From contig CAVYCN010000002.1 of the NCBI GenBank assembly GCA_963767005.1, forward strand, positions 384,001 to 448,000: DNA of 64,000 nt, in the 5' to 3' direction. Made by a program: the position numbers and the translations under genes. This DNA is from an uncultured Actinomycetes bacterium (GTDB taxonomy: Bacteria > Actinomycetota > Thermoleophilia > UBA2241). The notes beneath the pieces were generated by a model that did no database searches, had not been told where the DNA came from, and saw only the letters and a list, made by a program, of their open reading frames with translations. This document shows positions 42,013-51,791 of the stretch, piece after piece. The stretch's first letter is position 1; every line of letters starts with the position of its first letter.

Positions 42013-42828
42013 TCAGCCGTAGACGCCTCCGGCCGCCTCGATCAGCGCGTCGTAGCGCGTCTGCAACATCTCGAGGCGCATCGCGTCCTCGCAGGAGATC
42101 GCCTGGTAGAAGTCGCGCTTGTTCTTGAGCCACATGAGCTCGAAGCCGACGGCCTTGAGGATGCCGGCATCGGCGCCGCTGCAAAGCGCTGCGGGGCACT
42201 CGAAGATGACCTTGCGGGTCTCATAGCGGTCGAGGCAGCCATCGGGCAGGTCGCGCATGAACGGCAGCGAGGCGGCCGACACGCCGCCGCCCATGCCGCA
42301 GGCGAGGCCAGAACCCTTGGCCCGCGAGAACAGGTCGGCGGCCATGGTGAAGATCGCGGGCTCGTTGATGTCCTCGCGGCTCATGCCCAGGGAGCCGGTC
42401 ATGTCGACCCGGCCGAGCACGATGCCGTCGAGCTCGCCGATCTCGGGCAGGGCGAGCATGTCGGCGAACTTCTCATAGCCCGTGACGGTCTCGACGTTGA
42501 CGCAGAACTCGACGTCGGCGCGCTCGTCGTCGGGGAAGGCCAGGCGTACCGCGGCGAGGTACTTGCGCAGGGCGTGCGGCGACTCGACCATGGGCCCCAC
42601 AACGCGCTGCACGCCGATCACTCGCGCCTCGTACATGTCGCGCACGGCCTCGCAGCCGCCGATCTTGATGGTCAGCCCGAGGCCGGCCTGCGTCACGACC
42701 TCCTTGAGGCGCAGCGCCTCTTCGAGTCGCGTGCCCTCGGCCTCGAACTCGGCCTTCACACCGCTCACGTGGTGGTTCTCGCGCAGGTCGATGAGCGCGT
42801 CGACCATGCGGTGTTCGAGTGCGTTCAT
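42013..42828 (-). CDS. HpcH/HpaI aldolase / citrate-lyase-like protein
   Basis: KAEFEAEG, KIGGCEA, PMVES, NVET, GRVD, YETRK. Confidence 0.7.
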   Translation of the reverse strand: MNALEHRMVDALIDLRENHHVSGVKAEFEAEGTRLEEALRLKEVVTQAGLGLTIKIGGCEAVRDMYEARVIGVQRVVGPMVESPHALRKYLAAVRLAFPDDERADVEFCVNVETVTGYEKFADMLALPEIGELDGIVLGRVDMTGSLGMSREDINEPAIFTMAADLFSRAKGSGLACGMGGGVSAASLPFMRDLPDGCLDRYETRKVIFECPAALCSGADAGILKAVGFELMWLKNKRDFYQAISCEDAMRLEMLQTRYDALIEAAGGVYG

Positions 42829-44705
42829 GCGTCCCGCCCCTTTCGCTTCTGTGCCGTCCGCGCGGCCCCGCGAGCGGGCCGCCACTGCGGCACGAGCATG
42901 TTCTCGGCAAACTCGGCCCGCTCCATGAACGGCCACATGTCCTCGAGTGGCTTGGAGACGATGGTGCCGTCGGGCAGCTTCTCGGCCGCGACCTTGGGCG
43001 CGAACTGCTGGTCGGCCGCCATCACCACGTCGCAGAGTGCCGGGCCGTCGCCCGCGAGCGTCGCGGCGATCGCCTGCCCGAGGTCGTCGTGACGGTCGAC
43101 GCGTCGCGCCGGGATGCCGTAGGCGCCGGCCAGCGCGACCATGTCGGGCAGCGACAGGCCGCTGCCCGGCCCCTCGCCCACGCGGTGCCCGGCAAAGAGG
43201 TTGTCCTGCATCTGTCTGATCGACAGATAGCCGCCGTTGCCGAACACGAAGATCTTGACCGGCAGACGGTGGTGGACGATGGTCTGCAGCTCCTGCAGGT
43301 TCATCTGGATGCTGCCGTCGCCGGCCAGGCACACCACGCGCCGGCCGCCGGCCGCGAGGCAAGCGCCGATGGCGGCCGGCAGGTCGTAGCCCATGCCGGC
43401 CGTGCCCGAGTTGGCGATCAGACGCTGACCCCGTCGCACGCGCAGCGCCTGAAAGGCGACGACGCAGGCGGCGCCGTTGGCGCAGACCACGATGTCGTCG
43501 GGCTCGAGGGCGTCCGAAAGCTCGTCGACGAACACGTAGGCGTTGACCGGCGAGGAGCTCGCCCGGTACGAGGGCAGCACGACCGGATAGCGGGCGCGGC
43601 GCTCCCGGCACCAGGCCAGCCACGGTTCCCAGCTCGCCGGCCGTCGTGCGGGCCACTCCTCGCCGAGCGCCGTGCCGAGCTCTTCGAGGAAGAAGCGCGC
43701 GTCGCTGTGCACGGCGAGGTCGGGCGCCACCGTGGGTTTGCGCAGCTCGAGCGCGTCGACGTCGACGAGCGCGCGCCACGCGGCCCGCGCGAAGGCCTCG
43801 TGCTCGTAGCCGATCTGCCTGATGTTCAAGCGACAGCCGACGGAGAGCAGCAGGTCGGCGTTCTGCACGACGAAGTTGCCGGCCCGGTCGCCGACCGTCC
43901 CCGGCCGTCCCGCGTACAGGGGATGCTCCTCCCATAGCAGGTCGTGGGCGTTCCAGGCGGTCACGACCGGCGCCCCGAGGCTCTCCGCGACGGCGAGCAG
44001 CACGTCGGCCCCTCCCGCGCTGCGCACCCCGCTGCCGGCCAGCACCACCGGACGCTCCGCGCGGGCCAGACGGGCGACGAGCTCGTCGACCTGTCGCGAC
44101 ACGAGCGCGCGGTCGTAGGCGGCATCGGGGTCGAGCGCGGGCGGCGCCTTACGCCGCCCGCGCTCGATCGCGGCGTCGTCGACGTCGGCGCCCTGCACGT
44201 CGACCGGCACGTCGAGCCAGACCGGCCCGGGCCGGCCGCTCGTCATGAGCCGGATCGCGGCGTCCATGTGGGCGCCGATGCTCTCGGGCTCGCGCACGAG
44301 CGCGGCGTACTTGGTGATCGGCCGCACGATATCGACGATCGGGCCTTCCTGGTCGCCGAGCTGGCGCAGCGGCAGTCCGGACAGCGCGACGGTCGTGTCG
44401 GAGCGGACCTGACCCGACACGTAGAGCACCGGCACGGAGTCGTGCCATTGACCGAGCACGCCGGTCACGGCGTTGGTGCCGCCGGGGCCGCTCGTGACGC
44501 ATACCGCCGCCGGGCCGCCGCGCACGCGCGAGTAGCCTTCGGCGGCGATGGCGCAGGCCTGCTCGTGATGGTTGCACACCAGGGCCAGGTCGGCGCGCCG
44601 GCCGAGCGAGTCGTCGAGATGCATGGCGCCGCCACCCGTCACCAGGAAGACGTGCCCCACACCGAGGCCCGCCACGCGCTGCGCGACGTAGTCGGACAGC
44701 TTCAT
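42825..44705 (-). CDS. ThDP-dependent enzyme, YerE/acetolactate-synthase-like
   Basis: VTGGGAMHL, HHEQA, TSGPGGTN, GDGSIQMNLQEL...NGGY; located in a CDP-dideoxysugar cluster. Confidence 0.82.
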   Translation of the reverse strand: MKLSDYVAQRVAGLGVGHVFLVTGGGAMHLDDSLGRRADLALVCNHHEQACAIAAEGYSRVRGGPAAVCVTSGPGGTNAVTGVLGQWHDSVPVLYVSGQVRSDTTVALSGLPLRQLGDQEGPIVDIVRPITKYAALVREPESIGAHMDAAIRLMTSGRPGPVWLDVPVDVQGADVDDAAIERGRRKAPPALDPDAAYDRALVSRQVDELVARLARAERPVVLAGSGVRSAGGADVLLAVAESLGAPVVTAWNAHDLLWEEHPLYAGRPGTVGDRAGNFVVQNADLLLSVGCRLNIRQIGYEHEAFARAAWRALVDVDALELRKPTVAPDLAVHSDARFFLEELGTALGEEWPARRPASWEPWLAWCRERRARYPVVLPSYRASSSPVNAYVFVDELSDALEPDDIVVCANGAACVVAFQALRVRRGQRLIANSGTAGMGYDLPAAIGACLAAGGRRVVCLAGDGSIQMNLQELQTIVHHRLPVKIFVFGNGGYLSIRQMQDNLFAGHRVGEGPGSGLSLPDMVALAGAYGIPARRVDRHDDLGQAIAATLAGDGPALCDVVMAADQQFAPKVAAEKLPDGTIVSKPLEDMWPFMERAEFAENMLVPQWRPARGAARTAQKRKGRDA

Positions 44706-44781
44706 CGCCGCCTGCTCACCTCGCTCCTGTCGGGCTCCGTCACGCCTCTGCCGCCTCCGCGGCCGGGTTCGCCGGTCCTCG

Positions 44782-45666
44782 TCATGGGTCGACCAGCAGC
44801 AGCGTCCGGTCGATGCTCGATCGGCGTTGCGCATACCAGTCGTAGAGCTCGGCCACGGCCTGTTCCATGGGCGGCGGCGCCAGGTCCGGCAGCTCGTCGC
44901 GCAGGCGCCGGCCGTCGCCGCTGTACTCCACGCCCAGGCCTTCGTTCGCGACGAGCACGGGCACGTCCTTCCCGCTCAGACGCACGACGAGGCGAGCCAG
45001 GTCGAGGAGGCGCCACGACTCGGAGGCCGAGACGTTGTAGGCGCCGTGGGCCGGATCGTGCGTGAAGAAGCGTTCGATCACCAGCGCGAGGTGGCGCACC
45101 GGCGTGTAGTCGAAGCGACGGTCCTGATGCAGGGTGACCGGCAGGTCGAGGAGCGTCTTGCAGATCGCGTTCGAGATGAACCTGATGGCGTAGTCCTCGT
45201 GGGGCCCGAACACGCCAAACGGCCGCAACTCGACCATGTCGAGTCGCGTCGCGGCGTAGGCCGCGCACAGGTACTTCGAGAAGCCGTGCTCGTCGCGCGG
45301 GACGTGCTCGCCGAACGCGGTCTCGGGCAGCCGCGGGCGGTAGTGACGCTCGTCGTAGACCGCCCCGGAGCTCACGAAGACGAGCCGCCGGTACCGGCCT
45401 CGGCAGCGCGCCAGGTTGGCGAACATGCGCACGTTGCGCTCGAGCTGACCGCTCGGGTCGGCGGCGTGACGATGGCCCGGACGCACGGCGCAGTGCACCA
45501 CGACCTCGACGGCGTGGGTATCGAGGTACGCCTCGACCCGCTCCTCGTCGAGCAGCTCGAGCTCGCCGTGTGGCGGCGCGAGCAGCTCCCAGCGCGCGCC
45601 GAGCTCCTCGACCAGGTTGCGGCCGATGAAGCCGGCGCCGCCGGTGATCAGCACCGCGCCGCTCAC
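44782..45666 (-). CDS. NAD-dependent epimerase/reductase (SDR)
   Basis: ITGGAGFIG, SSGAVY, HGFSK (YxxxK variant), FGVFGPHE. Confidence 0.82.
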   Translation of the reverse strand: MSGAVLITGGAGFIGRNLVEELGARWELLAPPHGELELLDEERVEAYLDTHAVEVVVHCAVRPGHRHAADPSGQLERNVRMFANLARCRGRYRRLVFVSSGAVYDERHYRPRLPETAFGEHVPRDEHGFSKYLCAAYAATRLDMVELRPFGVFGPHEDYAIRFISNAICKTLLDLPVTLHQDRRFDYTPVRHLALVIERFFTHDPAHGAYNVSASESWRLLDLARLVVRLSGKDVPVLVANEGLGVEYSGDGRRLRDELPDLAPPPMEQAVAELYDWYAQRRSSIDRTLLLVDP

Positions 45667-47357
45667 GACCGGCTCCCAGCGGCCGCGAACGCCCCACCGG
45701 GGACCCGTCGAAACACGACGTACTGGGGCCGCACGAGCACCACCCGGCAGTCGAGACCTGCGCTGAAGCGAGCGCGCAGCGTCGCGTCGGTGAGGCCGGC
45801 GGTGCCCACCAGGCGGATGACGACGTCGGGCAGGACGTGCGTACGGGCGTAGTAGGCGAGCGTCGCCGGCGGCAGTGCCCCGGGGTCGTCGTTGACGTCG
45901 AGCCCCTGCGCGCTCGAGATCCAGACCGAGTTGGTGGCCACGCCGTGCGGCCAGAACAAGTAGAAGGCGGGCGCCTGATAGAACACGAGCAGGCGGTCCG
46001 TGGGGCGCGTCAGGCGGGCGAGGTCGCCGCGCAGCTGCGCGAGGTACGCCGCTCGCTCGGGCGTCGCCCGCACGCCGGCGTACGGGCCGCTGTGGATCGT
46101 GGCGGTGAGATGCGACAGAGGCACGGCACGCGGCAGGAACTGATACTCGTAGACGACGGTGACGGCGAGCATGCCGGCCAGGCAGGCGACACCGAGGGCG
46201 GGCAGGGCGCGGCGCAGCCGCGCCGGCTCGCCCTCGCGCGGCGAGAGCGAGAGCGCCAGGAACACGCCGGAGAGCACGACCGCCGGCAGCAGCCCCACGT
46301 CCATCTGCAGCCAGCCCGAGGCGCTCGTGTAGCCCGACACGAGGCCGGCGGCAAGCGACGGCAGGTACCCCCAGAGCAGGAGGGTGGTCACGAGCGCGCG
46401 ACGCTCGGCCGGCGCGAAGAGGGCGAAGTACGGCGCCGCGAGCCCGTAGATCACGGCGAAGCCGTCGCCGCCCGACACGAGCTGCTCGCCGAAGGGCAGC
46501 AGCGCGAGCGGTGCCGCGACGAGGGCGAGGCGGGCAAGCGGCAGGCGCCGGTAGGCCACCCACAGCGCGAGGGCCGCGACCACAACGAGCGGGTACAGCT
46601 CGAGATGGCCGGCGGCGCCGTCGACCACACCCCAGAGCTTCGCCGGGCCTCCGCCCGAGTTCAGGCGGCCCCAGTCCGCGAGCTGGTAGCGCAGGCAGCG
46701 CAGTACGTTGCTCACGCCGAAGAGGGCGAGCAGGAGCGCCTCGCCGGCCAGCGTGACCGCGGCGCCCAGGACGAAGGCGACGAGGCTGCGCCGGCGGCTA
46801 CCGCGAGCGGCGGCCGCCGCGAGACAGGCGGCGCTCACCGGCAGTACGGCGACGAGCGACGGGTAGGCGAGGACCGCGAGCGCCTGGGCGGCACCGGCGC
46901 CGGCGAGGCTGCGCCGGCCGGCGCCGCCCGTGAGCGCGCGGGTCCCGAGGGCCATGGCGATCACGAGAAGGCCAGCGCCGATCGTGTTGTAGGTGAGGTC
47001 GCTGGTCGTCGCGATCACGAACGTCGAGCACACGAGCGCGGCCAGCAGCGCGTGCTCCCAGCGCACGACCCGGCGCAGGGCGCTCCAGACGACGCTCGCG
47101 ACGACGAGCGTCCAGGCAAGGTACAGGTGACGCATGAACAGCACGATGCCGGTCGAGCCGCGCAGCGCCACGTACAGCTTGACGAAGGGGTACGAGAAGA
47201 ACCCCACGGTCTGCAGGATGTTCATCTCGTCGACGAAGGGCCGTGCACCGAGCGCGAAGCGGTAGGGCACCGCGACCGCGAAGCCCTCGTCGGTCAGGTC
47301 GACGCCCAGAAACAGGCGGCGCCAGGCGAAAACGAGCGCGATCGCGGCCAGGGCCAC
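45663..47357 (-). CDS. Multi-TM putative GT-C glycosyltransferase; start possibly at ATT 47432
   Basis: GVDLTDEG acidic first-loop motif, many TMs, C-terminal extracytoplasmic domain; follows gtrB-like gene. Confidence 0.6.
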   Translation of the reverse strand: MALAAIALVFAWRRLFLGVDLTDEGFAVAVPYRFALGARPFVDEMNILQTVGFFSYPFVKLYVALRGSTGIVLFMRHLYLAWTLVVASVVWSALRRVVRWEHALLAALVCSTFVIATTSDLTYNTIGAGLLVIAMALGTRALTGGAGRRSLAGAGAAQALAVLAYPSLVAVLPVSAACLAAAAARGSRRRSLVAFVLGAAVTLAGEALLLALFGVSNVLRCLRYQLADWGRLNSGGGPAKLWGVVDGAAGHLELYPLVVVAALALWVAYRRLPLARLALVAAPLALLPFGEQLVSGGDGFAVIYGLAAPYFALFAPAERRALVTTLLLWGYLPSLAAGLVSGYTSASGWLQMDVGLLPAVVLSGVFLALSLSPREGEPARLRRALPALGVACLAGMLAVTVVYEYQFLPRAVPLSHLTATIHSGPYAGVRATPERAAYLAQLRGDLARLTRPTDRLLVFYQAPAFYLFWPHGVATNSVWISSAQGLDVNDDPGALPPATLAYYARTHVLPDVVIRLVGTAGLTDATLRARFSAGLDCRVVLVRPQYVVFRRVPGGAFAAAGSRS

Positions 47358-47421
47358 GGTGACCGTGGCCAGCAGCGGCGGCGCCGCGCGCCGCCGGCGT
47401 CGCGCGAGCAGATCGCCGGCC

Positions 47422-48354
47422 TCAGTCGAAATTGATGCGCTCCTTCTCGACGACGAGCGGGCGATGGTAGACCTGCGTGTGGATGGCGCCGATGTACTCG
47501 CCCACGATGCCGATGAACAGCAGCTGCACCGCGCCGAAGAAGTAGATGCCGATCAGCACGGGCGCCAGGCCGAAGTCGAAGGTGTCCCAGAAGACGAGCT
47601 TCATGACGAGGTAGATGACCGAGATGCCCATCGCCAGGACGGCCATGAGAAAGCCGGCCATCGTGGCCAGGCGTAGCGGCACCTTGGAGTGGTTCGTGAT
47701 GCCGAGCATGGCGAGGTCCCAGAGTGTGTAGCGGTTGTTCTTGGTCAGGCCGTGTTTGCGGGCCGGCTGGTAGTAGCTGATCTCGGCGCGCTCGTAGCCC
47801 AGGTCGCAGATCATGCCGCGGAAGTACGGGTAGGGGTCGTCGATCTCGCGGACCTTGTCCATGACCTCGCGGTCGTACAGGCCGAAGCCGGTGAAGTTGC
47901 GCACGAGGGGCACATCGGACAGCCGTTCGATCACCGAGTAGTAGGCGGCCCGGATCCAGCGCATGGGCGGGCGCTCCTCGCTCGCCGCTCGCACGCCGAC
48001 GACGACCTTGTAGCCCTCCTCCCAGCGTTGCACGAACTCGGCGATGAGCTCGGGTGGGTCCTGCAGGTCGGCAACGATGTAGATGACGGCCTCGCCGCGT
48101 GCCTCCAGCATGGCGTGGTGGGGCGAGCGCAGGTGGCCGAAGTTGCGCGTGTTGACGATGACGCGCACGCGGGGGTCGGCCGCGGCCAGCTCACGCAGCG
48201 CGGCGACGGTGCCGTCGGTGGAGGCGTTGTCGATGAACAGGTGCTCGTACGTGTAGCCGGGCAGCCCTTCGACGACCGCGCGCACTCGCTCGTAGAGCTC
48301 GCGCACGTTGTCCTCTTCGTTGTAGCAACCCGTGACCACGGAGATGAACGGCAT
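47422..48354 (-). CDS. GtrB-like polyprenyl-phosphate glycosyltransferase (GT2)
   Basis: CYNEEDN, IDNASTD, RNFGH, ADLQDPPE, two TMs, GEYIG..RPLV. Confidence 0.9.
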   Translation of the reverse strand: MPFISVVTGCYNEEDNVRELYERVRAVVEGLPGYTYEHLFIDNASTDGTVAALRELAAADPRVRVIVNTRNFGHLRSPHHAMLEARGEAVIYIVADLQDPPELIAEFVQRWEEGYKVVVGVRAASEERPPMRWIRAAYYSVIERLSDVPLVRNFTGFGLYDREVMDKVREIDDPYPYFRGMICDLGYERAEISYYQPARKHGLTKNNRYTLWDLAMLGITNHSKVPLRLATMAGFLMAVLAMGISVIYLVMKLVFWDTFDFGLAPVLIGIYFFGAVQLLFIGIVGEYIGAIHTQVYHRPLVVEKERINFD

Positions 48355-48395
48355 GGGCGGCAGTCCTTTGTGACGCTTGGCGACGTACTGTTGCC

Positions 48396-48423
48396 TTATC
48401 GGCTTACACCGGCCGTTCCGTTA
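48396..48423 (-). promoter_or_regulatory. sigma28/WhiG-type promoter of gtrB-GT-C-SDR-yerE-aldolase-HAD
   Basis: TAAC-16 nt-GCCGATAA. Confidence 0.7.
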
Positions 48424-48449
48424 GACGTCGGCGCCCTCCCCGGAGGCCG

Positions 48450-48887
48450 CTACCGTGCCGGCGCGAAGCTGAAGTACTTGTTGGCGACGTAGGTGCTGAC
48501 CACGACCGCCACAGTGAAGGCCGCCTGGATCAGGTACACGCTGAACGGCAGGGTGCGCAGGGCCACGGGCAGCACGATCAGGTTCACGACGAGCACGGCC
48601 GCGTAGACCACGAGGAAGCGCGGCACCTCGCGCCGCACCGGGCCGTGGCTGCGGAACACGATGGTGCGGTAGAGCACGTAGTTGTTGATCACCCCAACGA
48701 CGGTCGAGGCGACCAGGGCGGTCATCGAGCCGCTCACCCGGGCCATGCCGGCGGTGTCGTGCAGGAGGTGGTAGAAGAGTGCGAAGGCGCCGTAGCCGAA
48801 CAGCGTGTTCCAGCCCCCCACCACCACATACAGGACCTGCTCGCGGCGACGCACGAGGGTCTCGCGGGCGCCCGCCCAGCCGATCAT
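48450..48887 (-). CDS. GtrA-family flippase-like protein
   Basis: YVVVGGWNTL, NNYVLYRTIVF, four TMs, YVANKYFSF. Confidence 0.85.
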   Translation of the reverse strand: MIGWAGARETLVRRREQVLYVVVGGWNTLFGYGAFALFYHLLHDTAGMARVSGSMTALVASTVVGVINNYVLYRTIVFRSHGPVRREVPRFLVVYAAVLVVNLIVLPVALRTLPFSVYLIQAAFTVAVVVSTYVANKYFSFAPAR

Positions 48888-48894
48888 CAGCGCC

Positions 48895-50403
48895 TCACTC
48901 GGACACGCTGCCCGCAGCCACGGAGGCCCGGGCGTCGGCGGACGCCGGTGCGCCCGAGGCGACATCGCCCGCAGGCTCGCCGAGCCGCACGCTCACGAGC
49001 AGCAGCAGCTGCAGCACGACGAGGAGCGTGTACTTGCTCCCTTGCAGCGAGGCCGAGATCAGGAGCGTCGATCGGGCCAGCAGCATCATGGTGAGCGACA
49101 GGGTGGCAAACAGCACGACCCAGGTCGTGCCGGGTCCGCGCCGCGCCGTCGCCAGCGTGGTCGCAAGCACGGCGATCGGCAGGACGCACAGGACGAGCTT
49201 GTAGTCGTTGCTGACGGTCGGCACGATCGCCATCATCGGCACGCAGGCGGCGCCGAGCAGCACGGCGCCGCGCTCGCTCCACCCGCGGCGCACGACCGCG
49301 ACGACGGTGGCGAGCCACAGGGCGGACGGCGCCGCGATGAGCGGCCAGAAGATCCAGGTGGGCGCCCAGCTCGTATGGTCGCGCAGCACGTAGGCCGTGG
49401 CGGTCGCGGAGTCCTGGCCCCACCACTCCTGCGTGCTGCTCGTGCTCAGGGCCCGCAGCGTCGTGAATGCGTGCAGCATGTTGGCCGGCCCGGCGACGAG
49501 CAGCACGACCGCGGTGGTCACGGCCACGGGCAGAAGCGCCTTCAAGCGGTAGCGCCAGAGCAGCACGACCACGAGGATCGCCGGGTAGAGCTTGAGGCCG
49601 GTGGCGAGGGCGAGGGCGGCGGCCGCCGGCCAGGGCGAGCGCGTGCCGCGCACCGTGAGCCAGAGGGCGAGCAACGAGAAGGCCAGCGCGTAGAGGTCGA
49701 TGTTGCCGCGGTCGACCTCGTAGAAGAAGCCGTACGAGGTGAGCAGCCACAGGCCGGAGACGGCCGCCACCATCGTCGTCTCGAGGGGCCGCCCGGCGCG
49801 CGCCGCAGACCTCTCCCCCACCGCGCGCATCGCAAGGTGGGCGGACAGCAGCGTGGCGCCGAGCGCCAGCGCGACGAGGATGACCACCTGCACGTGATAG
49901 CCGGCGGTCAGGCTCAGCAGCGTGAACGGCTTGCCCAGGTAGAGCGACAGCGGCGGCCAGGCGCTGTGCACGGTCGTGAAGGCGCGCGCCGGGTCGTACA
50001 GTCCGTCGCGAAAATCGACGCCGGCCGGGTGTGCGCGCGGCACGAGCAGGGTCCACACGCCGCGGCCGAACTTGAGCGAGTAGACGCAGATGTTCCAGCC
50101 GACGCCGGCCAGGGCGACGACGCCGAGCCAGACGACGGCGTTGGTGCGCTCGCCGCCGACCTCGAGGGCGGCGAGCGCCGCGACCAGACCGGCGACCGCG
50201 ACCGGCACCATGAAGCCCAGGCGCGGCACGACGACGAAGTAACCGCCGCCCCGGGCGAGCACGACCGCGATCTCGAGGGCACCGAGCGCCCCGAGCAGCA
50301 GACCCACCCAGGCGCCGGTGCGATGCAGCGCCGAATCGCCCGACGACTGCCGCGTCGTGGGCAACCGTCCGGCCACCCGCGTTCCTCCGGCGTCGCCACT
50401 CAT
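48895..50403 (-). CDS. GT87/DUF2029-like GT-C membrane glycosyltransferase
   Basis: GVDF, WPP, EVDRGNID, GLKLYP, SNDYKL; multi-TM. Confidence 0.7.
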   Translation of the reverse strand: MSGDAGGTRVAGRLPTTRQSSGDSALHRTGAWVGLLLGALGALEIAVVLARGGGYFVVVPRLGFMVPVAVAGLVAALAALEVGGERTNAVVWLGVVALAGVGWNICVYSLKFGRGVWTLLVPRAHPAGVDFRDGLYDPARAFTTVHSAWPPLSLYLGKPFTLLSLTAGYHVQVVILVALALGATLLSAHLAMRAVGERSAARAGRPLETTMVAAVSGLWLLTSYGFFYEVDRGNIDLYALAFSLLALWLTVRGTRSPWPAAAALALATGLKLYPAILVVVLLWRYRLKALLPVAVTTAVVLLVAGPANMLHAFTTLRALSTSSTQEWWGQDSATATAYVLRDHTSWAPTWIFWPLIAAPSALWLATVVAVVRRGWSERGAVLLGAACVPMMAIVPTVSNDYKLVLCVLPIAVLATTLATARRGPGTTWVVLFATLSLTMMLLARSTLLISASLQGSKYTLLVVLQLLLLVSVRLGEPAGDVASGAPASADARASVAAGSVSE

Positions 50404-51791
50404 GCGCCCGCCCCGCGCAGACCGTCGGCGATCGCGCCCGCGATGTGGTCGACCATCTCGTCGGTGAGACCCGGATACACACCGACCCAGAGCGCGTCCG
50501 TCATCAGGCGGTCCGTGTTCTCGAGGCTCGAGGCCACCCGGTAGCCGGCGCCGCTCGCGCGCAGCCCGTCGAAGCACGGCTGGCGGACGATGTTGCCGGC
50601 GAAGAGCATGCGGGTCTGCACGCCGGCCGCCTCGAGGTGGCCCACGAGACGATCGCGCACGATGCCGTCGTGCCGGGCCGCGGCGGTCAGGGTGAGCAGG
50701 CAGCCGAACCAGCTCGGCTCGCTGCCCGGCGTGGCGCGCGGCAGCACGAGCAGGTCGGCAAACGGCTCCAAGGCAGCGATCAGACGGGCGTGGTTCGCGC
50801 GGCGCCGCTCCGTGAACTCGTCGAGCCGGGCGAGCTGGGCGCAGCCGACCGCCGCCTGCAGGTCGGTGGGTCGCAGGTTGTAGCCAAAGTGCGAGTAGAC
50901 GTATTTGTGGTCGTAGCCGTAGGGCAGCTCACCCAGGTGGTGTGAGAAACGCCGCCCGCAGCTGTCGTCGACCCCGGGCGGGCAGACGCAGTCGCGCCCC
51001 CAGTCGCGCAGCGAGGCGACGATCGAGCCCAGCTCGGCGCTCGAGGTATAGACCGCACCGCCCTCTCCCATGGTCACGTGATGGGGCGGGTAGAAGCTGC
51101 TCGTGGCGAGGTCGCCGAAGGTCCCCGTAAGACGGCCCCCGTAGCGCGAGCCGAGGGCGTCGCAGTTGTCCTCGATGAGCCACAGCTCGTGCTCGTCGCA
51201 GAACGCCCGTACGGCCGCCACGTCGAAGGGATTGCCCAGCGTGTGGGCAAGGAACACGGCCTTGCTGCGCGAACCGAGCGCGGCGGGCAACAGGGTCGCG
51301 TCGACGTTGGCCGTGGCCGGGTCGACGTCGACGAACACCGGCACCGCGCCGTACTGGACGATGGGCGCCACCGTGGTCGGGAAGCCGGCGGCCACCGTGA
51401 TGACCTCGTCGCCGGGCATGACGCGGCGCTCGCCGAGGCGCGGGCTCGTCAGTGCCATGAAAGCCAACAGGTTGGCCGACGAGCCCGAGTTCACGAGCAG
51501 GCACCGGCGCACGCCGAGCAGCGCCGCGAGCTCGCGCTCGAAGCGCGCGCTGTAGCGTCCGGCGGTCAGCCAGAAGTCGAGCGCAGCGTCGACCAGGCCG
51601 ACGATCTCCGCGGCACCGAACACGCGCCCGCCGTAGGGCACGCGCGAGCTGCCCGGCACGAAGCTGTCGGGGTCGGTGCCGGGGGCGGCGAGGGCGCGCC
51701 GTGGCGCGCCCTCGCCGCCCCCGAACGCCTCGTCGTAGTAGCGCTCGACGAGGGCGAGGATCTCGATTCGCAGATCGTCGGCGCGTGTCAT
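50400..51791 (-). CDS. rfbH: CDP-4-keto-6-deoxy-D-glucose 3-dehydrase (E1)
   Basis: DFWLTAG, AHTLGNPF, EDNCDALG, SFYPPHH (His in place of PLP Lys), DWGRDCVC...SC, YDHKY. Confidence 0.93.
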   Translation of the reverse strand: MTRADDLRIEILALVERYYDEAFGGGEGAPRRALAAPGTDPDSFVPGSSRVPYGGRVFGAAEIVGLVDAALDFWLTAGRYSARFERELAALLGVRRCLLVNSGSSANLLAFMALTSPRLGERRVMPGDEVITVAAGFPTTVAPIVQYGAVPVFVDVDPATANVDATLLPAALGSRSKAVFLAHTLGNPFDVAAVRAFCDEHELWLIEDNCDALGSRYGGRLTGTFGDLATSSFYPPHHVTMGEGGAVYTSSAELGSIVASLRDWGRDCVCPPGVDDSCGRRFSHHLGELPYGYDHKYVYSHFGYNLRPTDLQAAVGCAQLARLDEFTERRRANHARLIAALEPFADLLVLPRATPGSEPSWFGCLLTLTAAARHDGIVRDRLVGHLEAAGVQTRMLFAGNIVRQPCFDGLRASGAGYRVASSLENTDRLMTDALWVGVYPGLTDEMVDHIAGAIADGLRGAGA

